Source: Pseudomonadota bacterium
GTDB lineage: Bacteria > Pseudomonadota > Alphaproteobacteria > Micropepsales > Micropepsaceae
Reading direction: 5' to 3'
Length of the DNA stretch: 40,013 nt
Assembly (NCBI GenBank): GCA_025360685.1
Contig: JANYBR010000356.1
Location: 1 to 40,013 of the forward strand
Below, in pieces: positions 1 through 9,599 of this stretch; the first letter of the stretch is position 1; the number at the start of each line of letters is the position of its first letter. The notes below the pieces were generated by a model, which had not been told where the DNA came from, did not search any database, and worked only from the letters and a program-made list of their open reading frames with translations. The position numbers and the translations under genes were made by a program.

Positions 1-858
1 CGTCACCAGCGGATTGGCGGGGATGTAGTTGTCCGGATTGCCGACAAAGTCGGGTGCGAAGAACACAAGGCCGGCGAACAGGATAGCGAACAGACCGACA
101 TAGAACGCGTCCTTCGCCGTGTAGTAGGGATGGAAGGGGAGCGAATCCTGCGGCCCCTTCACGTCGATGCCGAGCGGATTGTTGTTGCCCGGCACATGCA
201 GCGCCCAGATGTGCAGACCGACAACGGCCGCGATCACGAACGGCAACAGGTAATGCAGCGAGAAAAAGCGATTGAGCGTCGCATCGCCGACTGCGAAATC
301 GCCCCACAGCCAGCTGGCGATGGTCGAGCCCAGATGCGGCACGATCTGGTCGAGCGAGGAGAACAGGTTGGTGATGACGGTGGCGGCCCAGAACGACATC
401 TGGCCCCACGGCAGCACGTAACCCATGAACGCGGTCGCCACCATCAGCAGATAGATGATGACGCCGAGGATCCACAGGATCTCGCGCGGCGCCTTGTAGG
501 AGCCGTAATACAGGCCGCGGAACATGTGGACATAGACCGCCAGGAAGAACATCGACGCGCCGTTGGAGTGCAGATAGCGCAGCAGCCAGCCATAGTTCAC
601 GTCGCGCATGATGTTGGTCTCGACGCTGTCGAACGCCATGTTCGCATTCGGCACATAGTGCATCGCCAGCACGATGCCGGTGACGATCTGCACGCCGAGG
701 CAGAAGGTCAGGATGGCGCCGAATGCGTACCAGAAGTTCAGGTTCCGCGGCGTCGGGAAGGTGAGAATCGTGTCGTGCGCAAAACGCACCAGCGGCAGGC
801 GCGAGTCGAGCCAGCGCGAAAACCCAGTTTGCGGAACATAGGTCGATTGACCGGACAT
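1..858 (-). CDS. petB: Cytochrome b of the bc1 complex (runs off the window start)
   Basis: Manual minus-strand translation from ATG at 858: [23 protein letters not shown]...[17 protein letters not shown]...[16 protein letters not shown]...[21 protein letters not shown]; directly downstream of petA. Not in the ORF track because it is open-ended. Confidence 0.97.
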   Translation of the reverse strand, partial: MSGQSTYVPQTGFSRWLDSRLPLVRFAHDTILTFPTPRNLNFWYAFGAILTFCLGVQIVTGIVLAMHYVPNANMAFDSVETNIMRDVNYGWLLRYLHSNGASMFFLAVYVHMFRGLYYGSYKAPREILWILGVIIYLLMVATAFMGYVLPWGQMSFWAATVITNLFSSLDQIVPHLGSTIASWLWGDFAVGDATLNRFFSLHYLLPFVIAAVVGLHIWALHVPGNNNPLGIDVKGPQDSLPFHPYYTAKDAFYVGLFAILFAGLVFFAPDFVGNPDNYIPANPLVT

Positions 859-869
859 GATGGCGCTCC

Positions 870-1424
870 TCAGCCGACTTTGACGCGTGTGTCGGACACG
901 AAGGAATAGGTGGGAACGGCAAGGTTCTGCGGCGCGGGTCCTTTGCGGATACGGCCGGCCGTGTCGTACATCGAACCGTGGCAGTGACAGAGCCAGCCGC
1001 CATAGTCGCCTTCAAAAGCGGTGGGCGTGCAGCCAAGGTGCGTGCACACGCCCGAGACGATCAGCCACTCCGGCTTGACCTGACGGTTGTCGGCGGTGGC
1101 AAGTGCATCGTCGGGCAGGTTCTCGTTGCGCGCCAGCTGATCGGGCAGATCGGACATCACCACGGCGGCGGCCGTCGCGATCTCCTTGGGCGTGCGCCGA
1201 CGCACGAACAGCGGATGGCCGCGGAACTTGAACGTCACCGCCTGGCCGAGCTGGATCGGCGACAGATCGATTTCGATCGAGGCCAGGGCCAGAACGCCGG
1301 AACTGGGGTTCATCTGATCGATGAACGGCCAGGCAGCGACGGCGGCCCCAACGGCGGCGACGGAACCCGTCGCGATGTAGAGGAAGTCGCGCCGCGTCGG
1401 TTCGGCGGTCGTGGTGGTGGCCAA
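870..1424 (-). CDS. petA: Rieske iron-sulfur subunit of ubiquinol-cytochrome c reductase
   Basis: Tat motif TRRDFLY; Rieske boxes CTHLGC and CHCHGS; GPAPQNL. Confidence 0.98.
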   Translation of the reverse strand: MATTTTAEPTRRDFLYIATGSVAAVGAAVAAWPFIDQMNPSSGVLALASIEIDLSPIQLGQAVTFKFRGHPLFVRRRTPKEIATAAAVVMSDLPDQLARNENLPDDALATADNRQVKPEWLIVSGVCTHLGCTPTAFEGDYGGWLCHCHGSMYDTAGRIRKGPAPQNLAVPTYSFVSDTRVKVG

Positions 1425-1611
1425 GGGATCACCTTTTTATTCGGGCGCTCCGGGCGGCGGGAAAGGACGTGCACACCAGCCCCGGGGAATATCCAGGCGT
1501 GCCGCTTTGCTGGCGGTAAAATAGAGAGTCGAATTTGGGGGGTCTTGCGGCACGATGACGCAGAAAATGCCGGATTTTCACGGAGTTGCCGAAGGCTTGC
1601 GGCAGAACGGA

Positions 1612-2025
1612 TCAGCACTCCAGAACGCTCAGATAGCCGTCCTCGCCGTAGTCGAGCAGAGCGCGGTCGCTTGTGATCACGGTGTAGCCATACTCGCGCG
1701 CCGTCGCGGCGATGATGCGGTCATAAGGATCGTTGTGGATATTTCCGGGCAGCAAGGCCGACTCGATGAGAAGTTCAGGCGGCATCGGCGCTATCGCCAT
1801 TCCCGGCTGGCCGATCAGCGTTGCGAACCACTTGCCAGGCTGAAGCGGCGACTTCAATCTCCGCTTTCGCGCCATCGTACCGATTTCGAGCGCCGTAATC
1901 GGCGATACATACGTCGTCGTTCCCGCGACGTATGCATCTGTAAGCGCCTTTTCTGTTTTCGGTGTGAGTTCGTCGCCCAAGAGCCAAATGCAGACGCATG
2001 TGTCGAGCAGAAAGGGCGGCTTCAT
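1612..2025 (-). CDS. vapC: PIN-domain VapC-family toxin
   Basis: LLDTCVCIW, SPITALEI, HNDPYDRIIAATA, VITSD carry the PIN acidic residues; start overlaps upstream stop. Confidence 0.92.
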   Translation of the reverse strand: MKPPFLLDTCVCIWLLGDELTPKTEKALTDAYVAGTTTYVSPITALEIGTMARKRRLKSPLQPGKWFATLIGQPGMAIAPMPPELLIESALLPGNIHNDPYDRIIAATAREYGYTVITSDRALLDYGEDGYLSVLEC

Positions 2026-2501
2026 TTCCTCGAACGCCCAGCCTCATAGAGGTCGGCCGTCCGGTCAACGGCCGCTTCCCACTCGGCGACCTCTTCAGGG
2101 TCCGACTGGGCGATGTCATAGCCCGGCTCAATGGTGAACATGCCTTTCAGCGCGCCGATCGCCGGATGGCGCGTTACTTTCACCGCGGGCCGCGTGGATG
2201 ATTCTTGCGGTTTGAACATACGTGGTTCCTCTCGCATTCCCTGCCGTGCGCCCGCGAGTGCGACGCGCTTGAACACAACTTTCCTCGCCTTTCGGTCGAG
2301 ATTTGCCGTCTCGAAACCCGCATTCAGCCACGCTTTCGCCTGAGAATGGTTCGTGGCGTTGTTCGACCACCATTCGTTGCGCTTGTGCGCCGAAGGCGGA
2401 AGTTTGCGGCCAATGACGCGCTCCATCTCTGCGAACGTCATCGCGACCGATGTACCCGTTTGCTGAAACAGGTATTTTTCAAGCGGCTCATATGTCAGCA
2501 T
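2022..2501 (-). CDS. Putative antitoxin: DUF7662-like N-terminal domain plus VapB-like C-terminal tail
   Basis: YEPLEKYL..MTFAEMERVIGRKLPPSA..WWSN..HSQAKAWLNAGF, then RHPAIGALKGMFTIEPGYDI. ATG at 2501 preferred (AGGA upstream, downstream of promoter); 4-nt overlap with vapC. Confidence 0.75.
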   Translation of the reverse strand: MLTYEPLEKYLFQQTGTSVAMTFAEMERVIGRKLPPSAHKRNEWWSNNATNHSQAKAWLNAGFETANLDRKARKVVFKRVALAGARQGMREEPRMFKPQESSTRPAVKVTRHPAIGALKGMFTIEPGYDIAQSDPEEVAEWEAAVDRTADLYEAGRSRK

Positions 2502-2508
2502 TCCGCAA

Positions 2509-2558
2509 GTTCCTACATCGAATAGGAACATACTAAGGAACAACTAGGAACTCGTCAA
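2509..2558 (-). promoter_or_regulatory. Sigma70-like promoter of the TA operon with AGGAAC operator repeats
   Basis: Minus strand TTGACG(2558-2553)-N17-TAGTAT(2535-2530). AGGAAC at 2524, 2536 and 2546; inverted repeat GTTCCTA-N7-TAGGAAC 2509-2529. Confidence 0.7.
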
Positions 2559-2565
2559 GGTGCGC

Positions 2566-3018
2566 ATGCGTCTCGCCCTCTATGAACCCGACATCCCGCA
2601 GAACGCAGGCGCGCTGTTGCGGCTGGGCGCGTGCCTTGGGGTCGCGGTCGATATCGTCGAGCCGTGCGGCTTCCTGTTCGGCGATGCGCAGCTCAAGCGC
2701 TCGGGCATGGACTATCTGGATCTGGCGGACTGTGTGCGCCATGTCTCGTGGGAGAAGTACCTGCTGGCGCGAGGACCAGGGCGGATCGTGCTTCTCACCT
2801 CGCAGGGCTCGCAGCCGTACACCGACTTTTGCTTTGAAGCCGGCGACACGATCCTCCTCGGCCGCGAGAGCGCGGGCGTTCCGCGAGAAGTACATGATTG
2901 CGCCGACGCGCGCTTGCGTATTCCGATGAAATCGGGCTTGCGTTCGATCAACGTGGCGCAGGCTGGCGCCATGGTACTAGGCGAAGCACTTCGCCAGACA
3001 AGGAACTTTCCGCGATGA
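2566..3018 (+). CDS. trmL: tRNA (cytidine/uridine-34 2'-O)-methyltransferase, SPOUT family
   Basis: [35 protein letters not shown]. Confidence 0.95.
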   Translation: MRLALYEPDIPQNAGALLRLGACLGVAVDIVEPCGFLFGDAQLKRSGMDYLDLADCVRHVSWEKYLLARGPGRIVLLTSQGSQPYTDFCFEAGDTILLGRESAGVPREVHDCADARLRIPMKSGLRSINVAQAGAMVLGEALRQTRNFPR

Positions 3019-3881
3019 CGGACACGGACCAGGATCGCAAGCAGCGGGCGCGCGACTGTTTTGAGTCCCTGCGCGACCGCTTGTGTGCGACCTTCGAGCA
3101 GATCGAGCTGGAACATACCGGCCAGCTCCGCGACCGGGCGGCGGGCAAATTCGTCCGTACACTGACCACGCGTCATGACGAAGACGGCGGCGAAGCCGGC
3201 GGCGGCGTGATGAGCGTGATGAAGGGCCGTGTGTTCGAAAAAGTCGGCGTCAATGTCTCGACCGTAGACGGCAAACTCTCCGCAGATTTCGCTAAGACCG
3301 TTCCCGGCGCGGAGCAGGACCCGCGTTTCTGGGCCACCAGCATTTCGGTGATCGCCCACATGCAGAATCCGCACGTGCCCGCGGTGCACATGAACACCCG
3401 CTACATGGTCACCACCGAGAGCTGGTTCGGCGGCGGCGCCGACCTCACGCCCATGTTCCCGAACGAGGAGGATGCCAGTAACTTCCATGCTGCGATGCAG
3501 CGAGCCTGTGATCCGCACGGTCCGGAGACCTATGCCAAGTACAAAAAATGGTGCGACGAATATTTCTATCTGCCGCACCGAAAAGAGCCGCGTGGCGCGG
3601 GCGGCGTCTTTTTCGACCGGCTCGACAGCGGCGATTGGGAAAAAGATTTCGCTCTGGTACGCGACGTGGGACTGGCATTTGCCGATGTCTATCCCCAAAT
3701 CGTAAGGAGGCGTATGGGGCAGCCTTGGACGGATGCCGATCGCCATCACCAGCTTGTTCGGCGCGGCCGCTATGTGGAGTTTAACCTGATGTGGGACCGC
3801 GGCACGCTGTTCGGCCTCAAAACGGGACACAATATCGACGCCATCCTCGTGTCGATGCCGCCCGAAGTCCGCTGGCCATAG
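3015..3881 (+). CDS. hemF: Oxygen-dependent coproporphyrinogen III oxidase
   Basis: [48 protein letters not shown]; ATGA overlap with trmL. Confidence 0.97.
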   Translation: MTDTDQDRKQRARDCFESLRDRLCATFEQIELEHTGQLRDRAAGKFVRTLTTRHDEDGGEAGGGVMSVMKGRVFEKVGVNVSTVDGKLSADFAKTVPGAEQDPRFWATSISVIAHMQNPHVPAVHMNTRYMVTTESWFGGGADLTPMFPNEEDASNFHAAMQRACDPHGPETYAKYKKWCDEYFYLPHRKEPRGAGGVFFDRLDSGDWEKDFALVRDVGLAFADVYPQIVRRRMGQPWTDADRHHQLVRRGRYVEFNLMWDRGTLFGLKTGHNIDAILVSMPPEVRWP

Positions 3882-3905
3882 TCCGGCCTCATTGAGGTAA
3901 AGCGT

Positions 3906-4556
3906 TTGGAGCTCATCTTCAGCCACGGCGGGTTCTTCGCGCTCATTCAAGTCGTGCTCATCGACATCGTGCTGGCCGGCGACAATGTCGTCGTGATCGG
4001 CATGGCGGCGGCGCGGGTGCCGCAGATCGTGCGCCGCAAGGTGATCTTCTGGGGCCTGGTCGCCGCCGTCATCCTGCGCGTGATCCTGGCGACGCTCACC
4101 GCCGAGCTTCTCGCCATCATCGGGCTGATGTTCGCCGGCGGCATTCTTCTGCTGTGGGTGTGCTGGAAACTCTATCGCGACATACGCGAGGCCGCCGCGG
4201 AAAAGAAAGCCGTCGAGGCGATGGAGATCGAGACCGACAAGCTCGGCGGCCCCTATTCGGTCGAGGCGAGCTCGGCGATGGTACGCCGCGCCATCGTGCA
4301 GATCGCCGCCGCCGATCTTTCCATGTCGCTGGACAATGTGCTCGCCGTGGCGGGCGCGGCACGCAACCATGTGGTGGTGCTGGCCATCGGCCTGGTGCTC
4401 TCGATCGGGCTGATGGGCGTGGCAGCGAACATGATCGCGCGCGTGCTCAACCGCCATCCCTGGATCAGCTACGCCGGGCTGTTCATCGTGCTCTATGTGG
4501 CACTCAACATGATCTGGCGCGGCGCCGGCATGATCATGCACGCCGTGCCGGGGTGA
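3906..4556 (+). CDS. TerC/YjbE-family integral membrane protein
   Basis: IDIVLAGDNVVVIGMA and ADLSMSLDNVLAVAGAA motifs; multiple TM segments. Confidence 0.9.
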   Translation: MELIFSHGGFFALIQVVLIDIVLAGDNVVVIGMAAARVPQIVRRKVIFWGLVAAVILRVILATLTAELLAIIGLMFAGGILLLWVCWKLYRDIREAAAEKKAVEAMEIETDKLGGPYSVEASSAMVRRAIVQIAAADLSMSLDNVLAVAGAARNHVVVLAIGLVLSIGLMGVAANMIARVLNRHPWISYAGLFIVLYVALNMIWRGAGMIMHAVPG

Positions 4557-4589
4557 GTTCAACGCGTTCACCCAATTTCCATTCTCCAC

Positions 4590-4639
4590 TGTCATCCCGG
4601 ACAAGCTCGCGAAGCGCAGCGCAGCGATCCGGGATGACA
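4590..4639. repeat. Palindromic REP-like element (GTCATCCCGG...CCGGGATGAC family)
   Basis: TGTCATCCCGGA ... TCCGGGATGACA inverted arms between convergent genes. Confidence 0.8.
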
Positions 4640-4671
4640 AATGAGGAGATAAAAAAACAGTGCGAAGAACT

Positions 4672-5526
4672 CTAACCCAATCTCAACAACACCGCCGTCG
4701 CGTCGTCGCTCTTCTTGAAACGCGGATGCTTGCGGCCTTGCGGATCGGCTTCTTCGATCGCGCGCAATTCCTCGCCGAGGACGGTGAGCCCTTTTGAAGC
4801 GGCTTTCTCCATCAGGCCATGCGCGCTGTAGCGGCCATAGTCGGTGGTGAGCGCCAGGAAGCCGTCCGATGCGAGCAACAGCATCGCGCCGGTCTGCACT
4901 ACGACGCGTGTGGCCGCGACAAAGTCGGCGGCGCGCATGTCGGGACTGAAGGCCCAGTGCGAGCCGGTATTGACCCGGTTGCGCGACTTGCGCAGGTCGG
5001 GAAGATAGGGCGAGCGTTCGCCGCTTGTCACGGGTGCCCGCTTCAGCGCCTTGGCCATCTTTGCCGCGCGCTTGGCCTCGAGCACCTTCGACTCGAACGA
5101 GTCGCCAAGCACCTCGACCTTGTCTTTCGTGCGTTGCAGGAGTCCGGCGCAGTCACCGAACCACAGAAAATCGAAGCCGTCTTCCGTTTGCGAAGCGAAA
5201 GCCATCGAGGCGAACGGAATCTCCCACTGCTCCTGCGGTGCGCGGCGGCGCAACGCCTTGAAGGACTTCTCCGCATCGGCCAGCGTGTAGCGCAGCGCGT
5301 CCTTCGGCGCCTCGCCGTCGCGCACATGCGCCATCAGCCGGCGCGCGCCGAAATGGGCGATCCAGGCCGCATCGCTGTCGCCGGGCATCACGGAATCACC
5401 AAGGCTTGTCGCGCCATCGAGCACCACGGCCGCGTTCTGCGTATGGCCGAACGCATCGTCGTTCGGCTTCAGCGCATCGCCGGGGAGAGACAGTGTGTCG
5501 AGGATTTCGAATGGCATGGAAGTCAT
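4672..5526 (-). CDS. PP2C-like (PPM) phosphatase domain protein
   Basis: NDDAFG, VVLDGAT, WFGDC, LLASDGF, SDDATAV metal-binding motifs. Confidence 0.85.
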   Translation of the reverse strand: MTSMPFEILDTLSLPGDALKPNDDAFGHTQNAAVVLDGATSLGDSVMPGDSDAAWIAHFGARRLMAHVRDGEAPKDALRYTLADAEKSFKALRRRAPQEQWEIPFASMAFASQTEDGFDFLWFGDCAGLLQRTKDKVEVLGDSFESKVLEAKRAAKMAKALKRAPVTSGERSPYLPDLRKSRNRVNTGSHWAFSPDMRAADFVAATRVVVQTGAMLLLASDGFLALTTDYGRYSAHGLMEKAASKGLTVLGEELRAIEEADPQGRKHPRFKKSDDATAVLLRLG

Positions 5527-5540
5527 ACACCTCAGGTTTC

Positions 5541-5702
5541 ACCCTCCCCTTGAGGGAGGGTCGAAATTTTCGCGAACGGCGTGAGTTAAAATTTCGGGGT
5601 GGGGTCGACCACACCACTAAACCCCTCCCCGAAAAATTCTGCGGCGCGTACGCTGCTGCTACGCGCGCTGCGAATTTTTCGTCCCTCCCTCAAGGGGAGG
5701 GT
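5541..5702. repeat. MITE/REP-like nested palindrome with CCCTCCCCTTGAGGGAGGG ends
   Basis: ACCCTCCCCTTGAGGGAGGG (5541-5560) and its reverse complement (5683-5702), with internal inverted segments. Confidence 0.85.
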
Positions 5703-5712
5703 GGGTTATCTC

Positions 5713-6945
5713 CTAATACGCCGTCGCCTGCACCACGGCCTTGAGCCGTTCGGCAAGCGAGAATTCGTCTTCGATGAAATCGGCATCGATCCACCAGTCT
5801 TCGACTTCCGAAAGAATGCGACCCACCAGCGGTCCTTCCGGCACGCCGGCGAGCATCACGTCGCGCCCGGTGAGCGGGAAGATCGGCCGCGGCCAGGTGC
5901 TGGCGACTTCGAGAAGCATGCGCCAATTGACGGCGTTGGACTCCCTGGGGTCCTCCGCCCATTTGATGAAGACGCGGTCCCTGAAGGGCGCGATACCGAT
6001 CCGGTAGAGCAGCTTGCGTACTTCCTTGACCGACAGGTAGGAGACGATCTTCTCTTTCGACCCGGCGATGTCCTCCAGACGCGCGGCATGCGCATTGGAG
6101 AATTTCAATTTCTTCGCCACCGACTGAGCGACCGAAACATCATGGGGCAACAGCGCGGCGAGACGCAGCACCGGATCGGGCGTGAAGAACGCGCCGGCAT
6201 CGATCGCCGCCAGATGCTCCAGCCGCGCGATCGACAGGGCGCCCGGCAGCAACTCGCCTAGGATTCCCGCCGCCGCCATGGTGCGCAACATGGGCGCCGG
6301 GTCGTCGGCTGCCAGCAGGCGCAGCAACTCCTTCTGCACGCGTTCGCCGGAAAGCTGTGCCAGGCCGGCCTTTTCAGTGGCCGCTGCGCGCAGCGCTTCG
6401 GAGTCGAGATCGCCCTTGCCGTACCAGGCGTGAAAGCGGAACAGGCGTAGGATGCGCAGATAGTCCTCGCGGATGCGCGCGGTGGCGTCGCCGACAAAGC
6501 GCACCCTGCCTGCCTGCAGATCGGCCAGGCCGCCGACCAGATCGACGACCTCGCCATCGGCGGTGGCATAGAGCGCGTTCATGGTGAAGTCGCGGCGCTG
6601 CGCGTCTTCCTTCCAGTCTTTGGTGAACGCGACCACGGCGCGGCGGCCGTCGGTCGAAACATCGCGGCGCAATGTGGTCACTTCGAAGGGCGTGCCGGTG
6701 GAGATTGCGGTGACCGTGCCATGCTCGAATCCGGTGGGCACCGCGCCAAGTCCCGCGGCGGTGAGGCGCTCGGTCACTTCGTCCGGCGTTAGCGGCGTGG
6801 CGATGTCGACGTCGGACACCTCGCGTTTGAGCAGCGCGTTGCGGACCGCGCCGCCGACGAAACGCGCCTCCGGACCCAGTGCGTCAAGCACCGCGCGCGT
6901 CTTGGGTGCCGTCATCCAGCTTTCGCGTTTGGGATCGAGTTTCAT
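5713..6945 (-). CDS. cca: CCA tRNA nucleotidyltransferase
   Basis: FVGGAVRN, DVDIAT, GFEHGTV, EVTTLRRD, DAQRRDFTMNAL, EDYLRILRLFRF. Confidence 0.93.
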   Translation of the reverse strand: MKLDPKRESWMTAPKTRAVLDALGPEARFVGGAVRNALLKREVSDVDIATPLTPDEVTERLTAAGLGAVPTGFEHGTVTAISTGTPFEVTTLRRDVSTDGRRAVVAFTKDWKEDAQRRDFTMNALYATADGEVVDLVGGLADLQAGRVRFVGDATARIREDYLRILRLFRFHAWYGKGDLDSEALRAAATEKAGLAQLSGERVQKELLRLLAADDPAPMLRTMAAAGILGELLPGALSIARLEHLAAIDAGAFFTPDPVLRLAALLPHDVSVAQSVAKKLKFSNAHAARLEDIAGSKEKIVSYLSVKEVRKLLYRIGIAPFRDRVFIKWAEDPRESNAVNWRMLLEVASTWPRPIFPLTGRDVMLAGVPEGPLVGRILSEVEDWWIDADFIEDEFSLAERLKAVVQATAY

Positions 6946-7220
6946 TTCGGCTTTCCGTCGGGCTGAACATAGCCCGGAACCACCGTGCCGTTCACCAGAT
7001 GCGGGGGGACATAGTGCCCGGACGTGGGTTCACCTTCCGTGATGCCCCAGACGATGAAGCTGAGCGCGAACAGGGAGAGCCCCGCGATGAAAAGCATCGT
7101 CCAGGGCGTGCGCGGCACCACCGCCGCCGGCGGACGCAACTGCATCAGCGCGAGGTAGATGCCGTAAAGTGCGAACGGCACCGCGAATAGCAGCAAGCGT
7201 TCGAGTATGATGCGGGTCAT
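6942..7220 (-). CDS. Small membrane protein (DUF6111-like)
   Basis: Two TM helices, C-terminal YVPPHLVNGTVVPG; usual position between NUDIX gene and cca. Confidence 0.8.
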   Translation of the reverse strand: MTRIILERLLLFAVPFALYGIYLALMQLRPPAAVVPRTPWTMLFIAGLSLFALSFIVWGITEGEPTSGHYVPPHLVNGTVVPGYVQPDGKPK

Positions 7221-7870
7221 GGCGCCGTGATCCGTTCGCCGAAGTTCAGCAGCATCGCCGCCGTCGCGCCCCAGATGTAATGACCTTCAAAGGTGAAGGA
7301 ATAGAAGCTGCGCGTGCGGCCCTGGAATTCGCGCGACTGTTGCTGCTTGTTGGCGGGATCGAGCAGAAACGACAGCGGCACTTCGAAAATCTCGGCGACC
7401 TCGGCGGCGTGCGGCGACAACGCGAAGCCTTCGCTGAGCAGCCCGACCACGGGAAGAATGGCGTAGCCGGTTCCGGTCTCATAGGCATCGAGAAATCCCG
7501 CCACCGTCACGAAGGCCGGTTCGATGCCGGTCTCCTCCTGCGTCTCGCGCAATGCGGTTTCGACCAGCGAGATGTCGCCGGGATCGGCGCGCCCGCCGGG
7601 AAACGAGACCTGCCCGGCGTGCCGCGTCAGATGATGCGTGCGCTGGGTCAAAAGCACATGCGGCTCGCGGCGGAAAACAAGCGGCAGCAACACGGCCGCG
7701 GGCTTCAGGTCGATCTTCTCTGTCGGACGGTTCTGCGGATTGAGATCGAAGTCGCCGCGCTTTGGCGTCAGAGGCAAGGAAGGCGGCTCGCTCAGCAGCC
7801 TGCTGCGCAACAGCTCGACACCGCCGCTGACGATGCGATGTCCGATCGATGCCGGAGAGTCCTCGCTCAT
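7217..7870 (-). CDS. CoA pyrophosphatase (NudL/PCD1-type NUDIX)
   Basis: AAVLLPL, LLTQR..HAGQVSFPGG, ALRETQEETGI, IWGATA; ATG at 7870 overlaps upstream stop. Confidence 0.9.
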   Translation of the reverse strand: MSEDSPASIGHRIVSGGVELLRSRLLSEPPSLPLTPKRGDFDLNPQNRPTEKIDLKPAAVLLPLVFRREPHVLLTQRTHHLTRHAGQVSFPGGRADPGDISLVETALRETQEETGIEPAFVTVAGFLDAYETGTGYAILPVVGLLSEGFALSPHAAEVAEIFEVPLSFLLDPANKQQQSREFQGRTRSFYSFTFEGHYIWGATAAMLLNFGERITAP

Positions 7871-8439
7871 GCCGGACGGCCGAGGCGAAAGAATTGTCCG
7901 CCGCTCCACACGCCGAGATAGCCCGCATCTTCGCCATCGCCGGGAACCGACAGGTCGGCGAGCTGATAGAACGCCGCACGTGCGATGCGCGCTTCGAGTC
8001 CCTTGCGCACATGAACATAGGGCGCCGGTTCGTTCGTTTCCGGATCGGTCTCCACCCGGATGGGATTTGTGGCGCCGGCTTCCGTAACATCGCCCACATT
8101 GGTGGTGAAGCTCAGTTTCTGCGCCCGGCCCGTGCCTTCGACATCCAACAGTACGGCGAGGAACGGCGCGTCCTCCACGACGATGCGCATCTTCTCGGCC
8201 GGCGTGACGAGAACAAAACCATCCGGATCCTTACGCAGTATGGTCGAGAACAGGCGCACCAGTTCCTTGCGGCCGATGGGCGAGCCCTCATGGTACCAGG
8301 TGCCGTCGCGTGCGATGCGGATGGCGATATCGCCGCAATGGGTCGGATGCCATTTGTCGACCGGCGGCAGGCCGCGCCCGGCCGACGCCTCGCGCTGCAG
8401 GCTTGCCAGACCGATCGGGAACCCGCCGCTGTTCATCAT
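7867..8439 (-). CDS. DUF1285 family protein
   Basis: PPVDKWHPTHCGDI.IRIARDGTWYHEGSPIGRKELVRLFSTILR, LVTPAEK, VEDAPF. Confidence 0.88.
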   Translation of the reverse strand: MMNSGGFPIGLASLQREASAGRGLPPVDKWHPTHCGDIAIRIARDGTWYHEGSPIGRKELVRLFSTILRKDPDGFVLVTPAEKMRIVVEDAPFLAVLLDVEGTGRAQKLSFTTNVGDVTEAGATNPIRVETDPETNEPAPYVHVRKGLEARIARAAFYQLADLSVPGDGEDAGYLGVWSGGQFFRLGRPA

Positions 8440-8597
8440 TACCGCTGCATGCCCGTTCTTCACATCGCCGTGCAGGCGGCGGGAACGGGCTTTTCCTTGT
8501 TGCGCCTGCACTGCCGGGGTACATAAATCGCGTCCCGGCGCAGCCAAAGGATAAGGTGCGCTTGAAGGACCGGCAACCAAGCATCCCGGACGATTTC

Positions 8598-9599
8598 ATG
8601 CCAAATGTAGTTCTCACGGCGGAGGGCACCAACGCCGCCGCCCAGTTCGAGCGGACCGCCGCCACCCTGGGGAAGGTGCGCACCGCGGTGGCGAGCGCGA
8701 TCTTCGGCCAGGATGCGGTGATCGATCAGACCCTGGTGACCTTGCTGGCCGGCGGACACGGACTGCTCATCGGCGTGCCCGGCCTTGCCAAGACCAAACT
8801 GGTTGAGACATTGGGCATCGTCCTGGGTCTCGACTGGAAGCGCATCCAGTTCACGCCCGACCTGATGCCGACCGACATCATCGGCTCCGAAGTCCTGGAG
8901 GAGAACAGCGGCAAGCGCGCCTTCCGTTTTCTCAACGGGCCGGTGTTCACGCAACTGTTGATGGCCGACGAGATCAATCGCGCCAGCCCGCGCACGCAAT
9001 CGGCGCTGCTGCAGGCGATGCAGGAGCGTCACGTCACCGTGGCCGGCACGCGCTACGACCTGCCGCGGCCCTTCCATGTCCTGGCGACGCAAAATCCTCT
9101 GGAGCAGGAAGGCACCTATCCGCTGCCCGAAGCGCAGCTCGACCGGTTCCTGCTGCAGATCGACATCGATTATCCCGACAAGGATGCCGAGCGCCGCATG
9201 CTGCTCTCCACCACGTTCGGAGAAGAGACCAAACCCGCACCGGTGTGCGGACCCGAGGATCTGATGCTGGCACAGCAGATCGTGCGCCACATTCCGGTCG
9301 GCGAGAAAGTCGTCGATTCAATCTTGAAGCTGGTGCGCGGCGGACGTCCCGGCGAAGAAGGTTTTGCCGACATTCGCGACTCTATCGCCTGGGGTCCGGG
9401 CCCGCGCGCCAGCCAGGCCTTCATGCTGGCGGTGCGCGCCCGCGCACTGATCGAAGGCCGCCTTGCGCCCTCGACCGACGATGTGGTGGCGCTGGCTGGT
9501 CCGGTTCTGCGCCATCGCATGGCACTCACTTTTCCGGCGCGCGCCGAAGGCATGACGATCGCGTCCGTCATCGAGCGGCTGTGCCGGAGCCTTCTTTGA
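8598..9599 (+). CDS. MoxR-family AAA+ ATPase
   Basis: GVPGLAKT, RIQFTPDLMPTDI, LMADEINRASPRTQSALL, ATQNPLEQEGTYPLPEAQLDRF; start chosen at ATG 8598. Confidence 0.95.
   Translation: MPNVVLTAEGTNAAAQFERTAATLGKVRTAVASAIFGQDAVIDQTLVTLLAGGHGLLIGVPGLAKTKLVETLGIVLGLDWKRIQFTPDLMPTDIIGSEVLEENSGKRAFRFLNGPVFTQLLMADEINRASPRTQSALLQAMQERHVTVAGTRYDLPRPFHVLATQNPLEQEGTYPLPEAQLDRFLLQIDIDYPDKDAERRMLLSTTFGEETKPAPVCGPEDLMLAQQIVRHIPVGEKVVDSILKLVRGGRPGEEGFADIRDSIAWGPGPRASQAFMLAVRARALIEGRLAPSTDDVVALAGPVLRHRMALTFPARAEGMTIASVIERLCRSLL

Noticed and set aside
130-909. 259-aa plus-strand ORF
   Set aside because: Antisense shadow of petB, which is clearly encoded on the minus strand.
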